Shown in pieces: positions 10,362-19,278 of a stretch of DNA of 23,281 nt; position 1 is the first letter of the stretch, and the number at the start of each line of letters is the position of its first letter. The position numbers and the translations under genes are program-made. A model generated the notes under the pieces. The model made no database searches, had not been told where the DNA came from, and saw only the letters and a list, made by a program, of their open reading frames with translations. The stretch is from positions 1 through 23,281 of the forward strand of contig RHPI01000575.1 of assembly GCA_009103225.1 (NCBI GenBank). The letters run 5' to 3'. The DNA comes from Chlorokybus atmophyticus (lineage: Eukaryota > Plantae > Mesostigma and Chlorokybus algae).

Positions 10362-11624
10362 TCAAGCCTCATAGTTCCATGACACAGGAGGGTAGTCACA
10401 GCGCATATCCATTGTTTCAAGCATGAGACGCCCTATGCACTCCGCCATTGCGGGAGGAACTGCATTCGCTATGGAAACGGCCAAGGTCATCCATGGCACT
10501 CCCAGCGCTGTTTGCCACGCAGCAATGCCGCCCCTGGTGCTTGGAAGACCATAGACCGGGTACATCTGCTGTGGCGCGTTTGATGTCACGATTGTCTTCT
10601 TCGCGCTAGCGGACAGGTGCGGCGATAGCAGTCCAACTGCCTTGCCCGCGTGCGAGCAGCGTGCTGGTGGGGTAGCTACCACTGGCTGTGTCTCAAACAG
10701 ACGGTGTCGGAAAGTTGATAGGCCAAACATCGTGCCACAAAGGGACAGATTGGGTCTGAATGAGGAAGCTGCTCCTGGCACATTCTCAATCACAAACTTG
10801 ACCTGGCTTGCAAGCAGCAGACGTCGGACGAGCGGTATCATATCCTGGTGTCTCCAGGATGTGCCATGTGCCGCCCGTTAAGGTGCCGGGATAGCACCTG
10901 AATAGGCCTGGCATGGTGGACTGGCCCAGATGAGCTCGTACTCGCTCAGCTCTCCTGCACTCAGGGTGCATACATCGCGGTGTATGAAGGGCAGCGGGTA
11001 CTCAGAGGAGGAACTTATGTCCATCCCGGTCACGTCAAAGCCTGCGTGGTATAGACCGATACTAGCACCGCCACCGCCGCAGAATAGGTCGAGTGCCCTT
11101 GGTCTGCGTGTGCGTCCCAGCTTGTTGTCAAATGGCGTGTATGTGGTCAAGGCTGGCCGTGGTGCTGGCCAGGGACTAACAATGATGCCGTCCGGGCTTA
11201 TTTTGCGACTGACGTTCTCCCCTCCGGCACGCAGATTATGGCGTGCCCCGTCAACTGATGTGTACGCGAATACGTTGTGCCCTTTGAAGTTGATGGTCTG
11301 TGGTCGAATACCGTCATCGAATACTATACGGTGCTGCCCTGCAAAGACACTTGCCATTGCACCATGCATATATGATGCGTCCTCAATCTCGCACGCCACG
11401 AAGCGATGCTGACCTGACGCTTGCTTGAATGATTCCACAACACCCGCATACCATTCCCCATCCAGCGGCCAATGCACCATGACACTCACACCGATCAGCT
11501 GCTCGCATCCCAACTTAACTGCGTTCCGCAGCCGATGCAGTGCGCTGTCCAACGGTCGATGGTCTGCCTCCTCTACAGCGGCCAGGGGATGGAACTGCCC
11601 ACGCCCACACCGTGCAAGACTGCT
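10362..11624 (-). pseudogene. Tudor-like domain fused to a phage/bacterial-type C5 cytosine DNA methyltransferase, with one in-frame TAA
   Basis: Tudor: IGVSVMVHWPLDGEWYAGVVESFKQASG/QHRIVFDDG after removing the 75-nt intron 11339-11413. C5-MTase motifs: I LDLFCGGGG, II GMDI, IV SPPCQ, VI VIENV, LCGTMFGL, VIII RHRLFET, X IANAVPP. ORFs 10878-11552 and 10362-10841 are in one frame, separated by TAA at 10878-10880. Confidence 0.88.
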
Positions 11625-11715
11625 CTGAATGCGACAACAGCTTCAACATGCATGAAATAAGCATACGCCCAACATAACATGCAGTGATACGTCGCGGTCC
11701 ACTCTTGTGGATTAC

Positions 11716-12089
11716 CTCCACAGCATCCACCACCTGTCCACTAACGACATGTCCTGGTGTTGTCCATGTGAGAAGCGCATGGGTTCCCCTCGCCACTCGA
11801 AGCATGAGCGCGAGCACGATTCGCACACGCACTGCACGCAATGGAAAAACTCGGGTTCCTTGCACAGCACTTGGCCGAGGCGGCAGCCAAACACGTCGAC
11901 ATTGTGTGTGGTGTGATGCCAGCAAGCAGCACTAAAACCGTGGCACACTGTCTGCACTCGCTGGCATTCGGTCAAGTGTGCTCGCATTTGCTGCCTACGG
12001 CCATTGGCACATACGTACGCATTGCATTGTGGGCACACCAAGCATGGTCTCCTAGGTGAGGGTGATTCAACTGCTGCCGCCGACATCAT
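11716..12089 (-). CDS. Cys/His-rich Zn-binding exon(s), probable N-terminus of the Tudor-methyltransferase gene
   Basis: CPQC-x15-H-x3-C followed by further C/H clusters. Strong donor ag|gtaatc at 11715 and acceptor ttcag at 11625. The frame joins the MTase only if an additional intron (e.g. 11734-11828) or an indel is assumed. Confidence 0.5.
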
Positions 12090-12132
12090 GCAAAATAGGA
12101 ATCGGCACGGCTGCCCACAAACTAAGCGAGAC

Positions 12133-12290
12133 TTTAGGGTATAGGCATCAATTTAGGGTTGCCAGCTTACGAACCCTAAATGGGTCAAACTTCAAGTGAA
12201 GCACGACTGTACCGCATACGCTATTGCAGTACCATGCATGGTACTGCATCAACATGAATGGTACTCCATCTGTTAATGGTACTACAGTAC
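12133..12290. promoter_or_regulatory. Promoter of the methyltransferase gene: three TTTAGGG telo-boxes and 6 GTAC cores
   Basis: TTTAGGG at 12133 and 12152, AACCCTAAA at 12172. GTAC at 12209, 12229, 12241, 12261, 12279, 12287. Perfect palindrome TGCAGTACCATGCATGGTACTGCA at 12225-12248. Confidence 0.5.
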
Positions 12291-12574
12291 AAGGATACTC
12301 GCATACTACCACGGTCGTAGAGTAATACTGTGTTATCATGCCATGGATCCCAGAGCGCTGTCAACCGAGTTTGTTGCTGTCAACCACGCTCTAAACCAGC
12401 GAGGTATGCAAGCCATGCATTGACTCATGCGCCGGGCAGTCATCATACACATGTACAGCCAATGCTTCTAAAACAGCAAATGTCTGGTGCACCATGCATC
12501 ATGCTGCAACTATACATGTACCTACATGGTTCACAGGAAGCCAACACAAAACTACAATACATGCACAATTGGCA

Positions 12575-13591
12575 TCAAGGCGGGGGCCAAATCACCGCCG
12601 ACACGTTGGCGTCTGGCATCAGGCGTGGCGACCAAAACGGGTGAGGTTGCTTGCAGAATGGACACGCTTGTAGATTCTTTGATTTATTTGCCACAGTCTT
12701 CGGATGTGCTATGATGCAGACATGGCACATCGCTTTCTTGCAACAGGGCGTCTCCCCATCCGCTGGGGGGGGTGGCTCTTCAATGCGACAAATCAGCACA
12801 CATGGTGCACGCGGGTGTGCAAGCTGCCTCTGCCACCAAACTCTGTTATCGCGTCGCAGGCGTAGCGACTCCCATCTGAATGGCGCAGCATAACGCTCCA
12901 CTGCCTGCTCGATCACCTGACGCCCATCTGCCGCCATACACCACCTGCTGGTCTTGGTGGTCTCGTCCAGCATGCGTTCATCCAGGCCCTCGACATGGCT
13001 GTCGTCACTCGTGTACTCCCCCGCATCGTCATTTTCTTCGAGCTTCCACAGAATCAGCTCGACGTGCCGTATGACATACAGCCACTGCCAGCCAAAGCAT
13101 GCCAAGTACAGCTCGAATGGTTTTACTTGCCACCCAGTATGTTTGCTCAGGTAGTGGCACACATCTCGACCCGCATTAGTCGACATCGACAGGTACATCT
13201 GCTGCAGCAGGTCGAAGTTCTGCTCCGCAGATAGCTCTTGCACATTGCCGGGGTGCTGCGGCAGCAGCAACACCATCATATCGAGGACGGAGAGGGGCAA
13301 CAACGTACTACGGATGGCCATATCGTGTATGGGTTCCAACCACGGCCAATCCCCAGAGGTCTGTTTGGACCGCATTCTCCTGGTTTGCTCCCACTTATTG
13401 CAAACTTTCGTCACCCACCTCGAGGCATGCCGCATGCGGTGATGCAGCGCGTCTTGGGCGTACTGTAGGGTGATCAACTCCTTTGCACTACGAGTCAGCC
13501 CCCCAAAGCGTCTGCGCGTCGGTGCTTTGAGCTTAGGCAGCTCGTGCCTCACCGGCTGTCTCTCTGAACGTTGCTGAGCAGCCATTTGACG
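12575..13591 (-). CDS. Terminal exon encoding a C-terminal RING-type finger
   Basis: 336-aa ORF ending C(VLI)C-x14-CC-x3-CHVC-x16-CPFC. Preceded by acceptor tttacag (13592) and donor aag|gtgagg (13685), giving a 94-nt intron. Confidence 0.7.
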   Translation of the reverse strand, partial: RQMAAQQRSERQPVRHELPKLKAPTRRRFGGLTRSAKELITLQYAQDALHHRMRHASRWVTKVCNKWEQTRRMRSKQTSGDWPWLEPIHDMAIRSTLLPLSVLDMMVLLLPQHPGNVQELSAEQNFDLLQQMYLSMSTNAGRDVCHYLSKHTGWQVKPFELYLACFGWQWLYVIRHVELILWKLEENDDAGEYTSDDSHVEGLDERMLDETTKTSRWCMAADGRQVIEQAVERYAAPFRWESLRLRRDNRVWWQRQLAHPRAPCVLICRIEEPPPPADGETPCCKKAMCHVCIIAHPKTVANKSKNLQACPFCKQPHPFWSPRLMPDANVSAVIWPPP

Positions 13592-13704
13592 CTGTAAACC
13601 CGCCTATGCCTACTCAGGACACACAGTCAGCCTCAGTGAGGCTTCAAGGCGCTGTGCTTCTTTTAATGTTGTAACGATGCCTCACCTTTCCTTTTTTGGT
13701 CCTG

Positions 13705-14964
13705 TTAGCGTCCTTTGTTCCAACAACCTTCTACTTTTTTTTTTTTGTCACCCAACACATCCTGGCAGGCGCTCTCCGTGGCACTGTCACTCAGAGGAGG
13801 TAAGGCGTTATCTTCTTGCTCCACAGCCTTGCGCTTGTTGGTTGCCTCCCGTTCCTCCACGACCTCATGTTGCTTCATGAGGTCGAGCATGAAGCCTTTG
13901 TCTTTCAGCGCAGCTTTCAGGACACCTCGATCAATCTCTTTACCAACAAGACAGGCTGGGATCAATGTGGCAAGCTTAGAGGGAGAGGGCGAGCTACAGC
14001 TGCTTCTTGATGGAGATGCCTCCGGATGGTCAGAGTGCGGTGGCAAGTGAGTCTCCGCGGCAGGAAGGGAGGGTGCTGAATTGGGATTGCGAGCATGTGG
14101 CTGTGGTTGAGGGGAGGCAGGATGTGCAGAACACTCGGCTACTTGTTGCCTAGCACACGAAGGCGAGGCCTGAGGCGTTGGCGCAGCACTCTGGGTCACA
14201 GCCGGTGGTAGCGGGGAATTGGCAACGCCATTTCGCCACTCTCCGATCAAGTGTGTTACCTCCGGTGGCACTGCATGCATAGGCCACGACCACTGTTCGG
14301 TGCTTGCAGGCTTGAGGAGCCAAAAGTGTGCTTCTGGCTCATCAGGAGCAGTGTTGTCCACCACCAGGACTGAGTTGGGGGCTTCTTTATTTCCAACCCA
14401 AACTGCGCTGCCGGGCCGTGGCACCCACTCCCCATGCTCGCGCTGAACGGTCACGCAGCCAATCAACAAGAACAGCTTGTTGGCAAACATGGTCATCTGC
14501 AAGTGCTCGACGTACACATCTTTTCTCCGCACGATCTGTCGCACCTTGGCCATGGTTAGGTCAATGTTGCAGTTGATATCAGTCAACATGGTCGCAGGCA
14601 GTTTGTCGTAATACTGCGCCATCTCTCCCGCGGCACCAGTGGCTCTGCAGAAGTCTAGGATTTTGCTCGCCACGCCTGCATCGACAGCCTTGGCGGTGAT
14701 TTTGCGGAGAGTGTGCCCCCTGCCATCGTCGTCCATGGTGTCCAGCATGGCCCAAAATCTGCTCGAGCTGGGGCACTTGTGATCATCCAGGACACTTTGC
14801 GCTATGGATGGCCTGGCGCGAAATACACAATGGTTGAGGCAATTACCATCCGTTGGCGCATTGAAGTGGTCCCATGAGGCGAGCTGGCCACCTAGCATGA
14901 CTTATGGCCGTATGCGGGTTGCGGCCAGCTCCTCTGATGACTCGCTGGCAGGTGGTGACCCCTG
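13705..14964 (-). CDS. Exon encoding an OTU-like cysteine protease (deubiquitinase) and Pro/Ser/Ala-rich linker
   Basis: NAPTDGNCLNHCV (OTU D-x2-C box), YVEHLQMTMFANKL (helix corresponding to wg..lEl.a), HFWLL (His box). In-frame TAA at 14902-14904 between the acceptor (14965) and the OTU domain. Confidence 0.75.
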
Positions 14965-15037
14965 CTGCATGCGCATACAGCACTCACATGGTGTGTCCAA
15001 CTGTGGACGGCAAGAGTCACAGTGACTGATAAAGTAC

Positions 15038-16427
15038 CTGAGTTTGGGGCAGACTGCCGGCTTCAACTTGCAGCGGGTGGGGTAAGGTAGGTGCAGAAGC
15101 CACATCGGTTGTTGCATTGTGCTGTGGTCTCGCCGGTGGCGGCAAGAAGGATTGTTGCCCCGCAATCACCGGTGCTGCTCGTGGAGAAGATGGCAGTGCA
15201 CGAAGGACTGGTGCCGCGGAAGGTGGTTGCGCTCTGGCTGGGAGGGGAGCAGGAGCTGCAGGTGAGACCACTTGCGCATGCAGCAAGGGGGGCTGTATAC
15301 AGAACCCAGGATAAGATGGCTCACAATGTTGCAAAGGACGAATATAAGCTTATGCAGTGCCTGACGCATTGTTACCAAGGCACGAGCATAAAAGACAGCG
15401 ACTTACCTCAATGGCCCGTGGGCTGCATGGAGCAGGGGAAGCCATGGGGGCTGACAAGGTGGTATTGGCCGCACTCTCCCCGCCACCCTTGATGGCAGAC
15501 TCGTCACGGAGCTCTTGAGCCATGGGCACATCATGCGCCACTGCCCCAATGGACATGTCGGGATTCAACAGGCCAACATGCATGTTAAACTGATGCCGCA
15601 TTGCCGCCGCGCCCATCAGCAAGTGGGATTGAAGGACCAGTTGATGGGATTGAATCCAGGCTTGCATAGGAGCTCCAACAGGACCTAGTGCACTGTGGTG
15701 CTGTCAACCAATCACATGTGGGTTAGCTGCATGCTTGCGACACTGCAATTGCAATAGTCAACTGCGTCACACCGTCATCAGTTGGTTGCTTCGAACAGTC
15801 ACCTGCGGCATTGCTGGTTGATGCACGAATGATTGCATGGACTGCGTCATTGCTGGTTGATGCACTATTGGTTGAATGCCGAACGAATGGCCACGCGCTC
15901 CTGTGCTCAAACCCAGCCTACTTCGTTCGGCACGCGCGCGCGACTTTGCACGCTCACGCACATCCTAGCATGCAAAGGTAGGCATGCATTGGAGCCGACA
16001 TTGCACTCGACATGCACAGCGAGATTGGCAACAACATACCGCCGCCCAGCTCTGTCTATCTGCTCTTGCTTCCGCAATGTCGGCTTGACTGTAGGGTGGG
16101 TATGGGTGAATAGTGGAGGCCTGCAGCCACGCTACATATATCACATGGACTGCGCTAAAAAACAAATTGCTCTTGCAAGGAAATGCATGTGACTGTTGAG
16201 CGTACCTCTGCATTCCTTTGTGCTTGTTCCCACAGCCGCAACTGGTCCCGCATGGTTCTGACAAGGGGCTCCAAGGACTGCAGCTCCTGATCCACTCCCT
16301 GTTGCAGAAAGCGAGCCACCAAGCAGCTCTCTGTGTGAAGATGGTCTTTAATGGCTTGCCTGCTGGTTTGTCCAATGTTGGTGATGCATGTTGGACAGCC
16401 CCATTGCTGACGCCTGCCATGATCCAT
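15038..16427 (-). CDS. Upstream exons (ZnF + low complexity) of the predicted ZnF-OTU-RING gene
   Basis: Exons 16427-16206 (MDHGRRQQWGCPTC-x14-H-x5-C), 16120-16040, 15964-15803, 15700-15407, 15292-15038. All are joined by phase-0 GT-AG introns of 73-114 nt that keep one open frame into the OTU exon. Confidence 0.6.
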
Positions 16428-16680
16428 GACGTGGCGACCGGTAGTAGCTGGCTTCGCTGCTTGAACTCTTACGACCACAACTTCTCGCAAGATGTGCCAC
16501 GCCGCCGCCGCCGCCGCCGCCGCCTCCGACTCCTGGTCCTCCGCCTCCTAGTCGAACCCAGGCCCATTAAGCCTGACATTCGACCCGTCATCGACCTGGT
16601 GCCCCTGCGTGCCATCATCCAACCATTAATGAAGCGTGTTTGGGTGAGTGCATGCTAACTCCCATTTGGGCTGATCGAGC

Positions 16681-16840
16681 AATGCCTCTGTCGTACCAAG
16701 GATGGTACGACAGAGCCATTGTACGGCAATCGCTGGGGTTGGACGAGAGATGCCTCTGTCGTACTATAAATGTTACGACACAACCATTGTTACCAATGGT
16801 TGTACGAAGCATGCATGGCACGAATGCATAAGTCGTACCA
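16681..16840. promoter_or_regulatory. Divergent promoter region with 6 GTAC cores and hairpins
   Basis: GTAC at 16693, 16705, 16721, 16761, 16802, 16835. 18-bp-arm hairpin 16681-16720 (1 mismatch). 9-bp-arm hairpin 16781-16802. Confidence 0.55.
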
Positions 16841-17023
16841 TCAACCATAGGAGCAAGGACGCACTACAAGTGCGACTCTAGTGCGGGACTCTAGACGTTC
16901 AAAACCGCCTCATTTTCGTTTTCGCGCCTCATACATTCGGGCGGGCCAACCGGCGGCGGCAGCGTTGGAGGCGGCAGCGCCACTTACAGCTAAACAGGCG
17001 GCACCCGACTATCAGTTGGAGAG

Positions 17024-18845
17024 ATGCCTCGTGGTCCATCCGTAAGTGCACCTCGTCGTGGAGGTCGGCGCGTTGTCCACATTGCCCCTAGTGTTCAACC
17101 AGGCAACCGTCGCCAACCAATCGCAGCAAGACCCCGCGCTAACGCCCAGCACATCACAACAACTCAACCTGACACCGCAGTCGCAAGGGCAAGCTGGACT
17201 GCATGCGTTCTTGATGCACTGTGCACGTTGCTTCTTGCTCAACTTCTAACTTGGATGCTTGCTTCTATCATGACTAGCACAGTGACTCACTGCATGCATT
17301 CTGGATACACTGTGCACGTTGTTCTTCTTTTGCAACTGTGAGGGTTGCATCTTTCATGGCTGGCAGCATGACTCATGTGGTTGTGCTTGCAGAGGGTCGA
17401 TTGGAACCCCCAACCCAAACGCATTTGGCCGTGACGAGACAACCTCGGCCATCAGCAACCCTTCCCCAAGCAAGTGGAAGATTGGCAACGAGGTAAGCAC
17501 TGTGCGACACTGTGACACTGTGTGTATGTGTGTAACGGATTGTTCTTCTATGGACAGCATTTGCGAGATGCCGTCGTTGAAATCATAAACGGCCATTGGG
17601 TAGAGAGCCACGTTTATCCCAAGGAGGACACTATTCGTAACGTCATGTGTCAGGTGCTGTGAATGCTTCATGACCGCACTGCACCGTGACACTGACCAAC
17701 CTGCCCGTGACAGGTAGTGGGCTTCGACCATGACGACGAGGCCGATGCGGCCAAGTTCTATGAGGTGTACTGGACTCCCAAGGAGTGCCCCTTCCACTGG
17801 AGTGTCGCCCTGAAGAAAGCTACGCAGGTCCGGTCTGAGAACGTCACCAAGATCAAGCATGTCCTTGAGAAGGAGTACAAGTGGACACTGTTTAACAGCA
17901 ACAAGCGCAAGTGAGTTGGGTCCCTCACCACCATGTCTGCTATGCAACACTGCCTTCTTACTCAGCCTCCATACACACGTACTCATCTCGCCTATTGTAA
18001 CCGATTCAATCAGGCACATCGACGCCCTAATGGACCCCGAGACCCAAAAAGCCCAGATGCGCAACGCGCTCCAAAGTAAGTCGCAAGCACTATTCCAGCC
18101 TGGTGCAGGCTCAACTGGAACTATCTATTTCGTGACTAATGCCTTGTCGGTATGACTGTCGTTGACAAGTCATGGCGGAGATTTGAGGTGACCGACACTG
18201 CAGACCCGGAGCGGAGGAGATACATCCATGAATGGGGCAATCCCATAATCTGGCAAATGATCGTGCAATGCTGGTCTTACGCCGTCACTACACCTGGTCG
18301 CCGGCAGCTGACAGTCAACCACCTCGCATACCTGTTGCTTACGGTGAGCACTCTGAACTCCATCATTAGCAATTCTGGAATGCTGTAGCCCCAAACTACA
18401 GGCTTGCAGACGCGTTGTAGTGAATAGTGGCTTTCGATGCCACTAAGACATGCCTGTAAACTACGCAGGTGGAGCGCATCCTAAAGGGCAAGGAGACCCT
18501 CTCCTAGCTGCCAGCATAGACACACATGAAGAGTACCTCAACGAAATCAACACCATGATCATGTCAATGAAGCGGGAGATGAGGCAATGGTACACGGCCC
18601 TCCAGCCATTCACCCTTGTGAAACGCCGCACTGCATCTTGTGTTGAATACCTGAAAGACCTCAATCGGCGCCGGCCGCAAGAGACAGCAGCTCGTGACCC
18701 GCTCGCTGAGGCAGAAGCGGCATTTGATTGGTTGGCACAACCGTTTGAGGAGGAAGAGCAAGCTCCGGCGTCTCTCCCACAGGCCCCAGCGCGTGGTGCT
18801 TTATTCCGTAATGACGAGACCAGCGATGATGGAGAGAAGCTGTAG
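17024..18845 (+). CDS. Multi-exon helical protein of unknown function, possibly DUF6532-like
   Basis: Several phase-compatible exons (MPRGPS|gtaagt; ...KWKIGNE|; HLRDAVVEII...VMCQ|; VVGFDH...SNKRK|; HIDALMDP...; WGNPIIWQMIVQCW...HLAYLLLT|; VERILKGKE...THEEYLNEINTMI). One junction (18081-18200) is unresolved and a frameshift near 18505 is needed. The DUF6532 resemblance is by eye only. Confidence 0.5.
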
Positions 18846-19278
18846 CGCAGTTGGTAGTCCGTTTAGCTGGTAGTGTACATAGCTACAAGGCTCTTGTGAC
18901 TGAGTGTTGTGCATCTTAAACCAGCTCAGTCAATCGTCATTATGCTCATGCACATCAATACTAGCATCCCTATGATATACAACAGAACTGCATTCGAGTC
19001 ACATAATCGAACTACAAGCCTTGGCAAGTGACTGAGAGACACTGTACACATTCCAGGTACATGTACACAGCACAGGCACATAACAATGCTGGAAGTTAGT
19101 GACAGTCGCGTGTAGTCAAGCTATGCAAATACATATGACGACAGTTAGGCATTGGTCACCTTCAGTTGTTAAAGAATGCCTTATTTTGTCGATAATTACC
19201 TAGTTGGTGCTTGTGAATTAGGCTTAGTCGCCTGCGCTGGACTGGTGTATAACCAGCACGTGCCTGCCACATAGGCTG

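Larger units (their letters stand above)
5649..18845. mobile_element. Putative large Plavaka/CMC-type DNA transposon with cargo genes (termini not identified; coordinates span the genes only)
   Basis: Transposase plus four densely packed genes sharing promoter motifs and an N-terminal Zn-finger; flanked by short repeat arrays. No TIR or TSD recognised. Confidence 0.6.

Noticed and set aside
10842-10900. Intron removing the TAA in the methyltransferase
   Set aside because: The only donor (tcag|gtgcta) is phase 1, while the nearby acceptors (ggag|, ccag|) are phase 2 and 0. The read-through spacer length fits homologous enzymes.
15803-15870. Duplicated 18-mer cattgctggttgatgcac
   Set aside because: Explained as a short internal coding repeat (VHQPAM twice) in exon 3 of the ZnF-OTU-RING gene.
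16491-16660. Upstream in-frame extension of the ZnF exon (…LH*WLDDG…GFD*EAEDQESEAAAA)
   Set aside because: It needs two read-through stops and runs into the GTAC promoter. ATG 16427 gives the same leader geometry as the transposase, so this is more likely 5' UTR.
964-18845. Genome-wide TAA/TAG=Gln genetic code
   Set aside because: The pol and YR ORFs each contain more than 20 Gln with no in-frame TAR, and ORFs end naturally at TAG (2646, 18845). Only about one TAR per cargo gene. Kept only as a minor alternative in the findings.
5649-18845. Endogenous giant virus, virophage or Polinton origin of the cluster
   Set aside because: No capsid, packaging ATPase, PolB or other viral hallmark. Genes have spliceosomal introns and centre on a cut-and-paste transposase.
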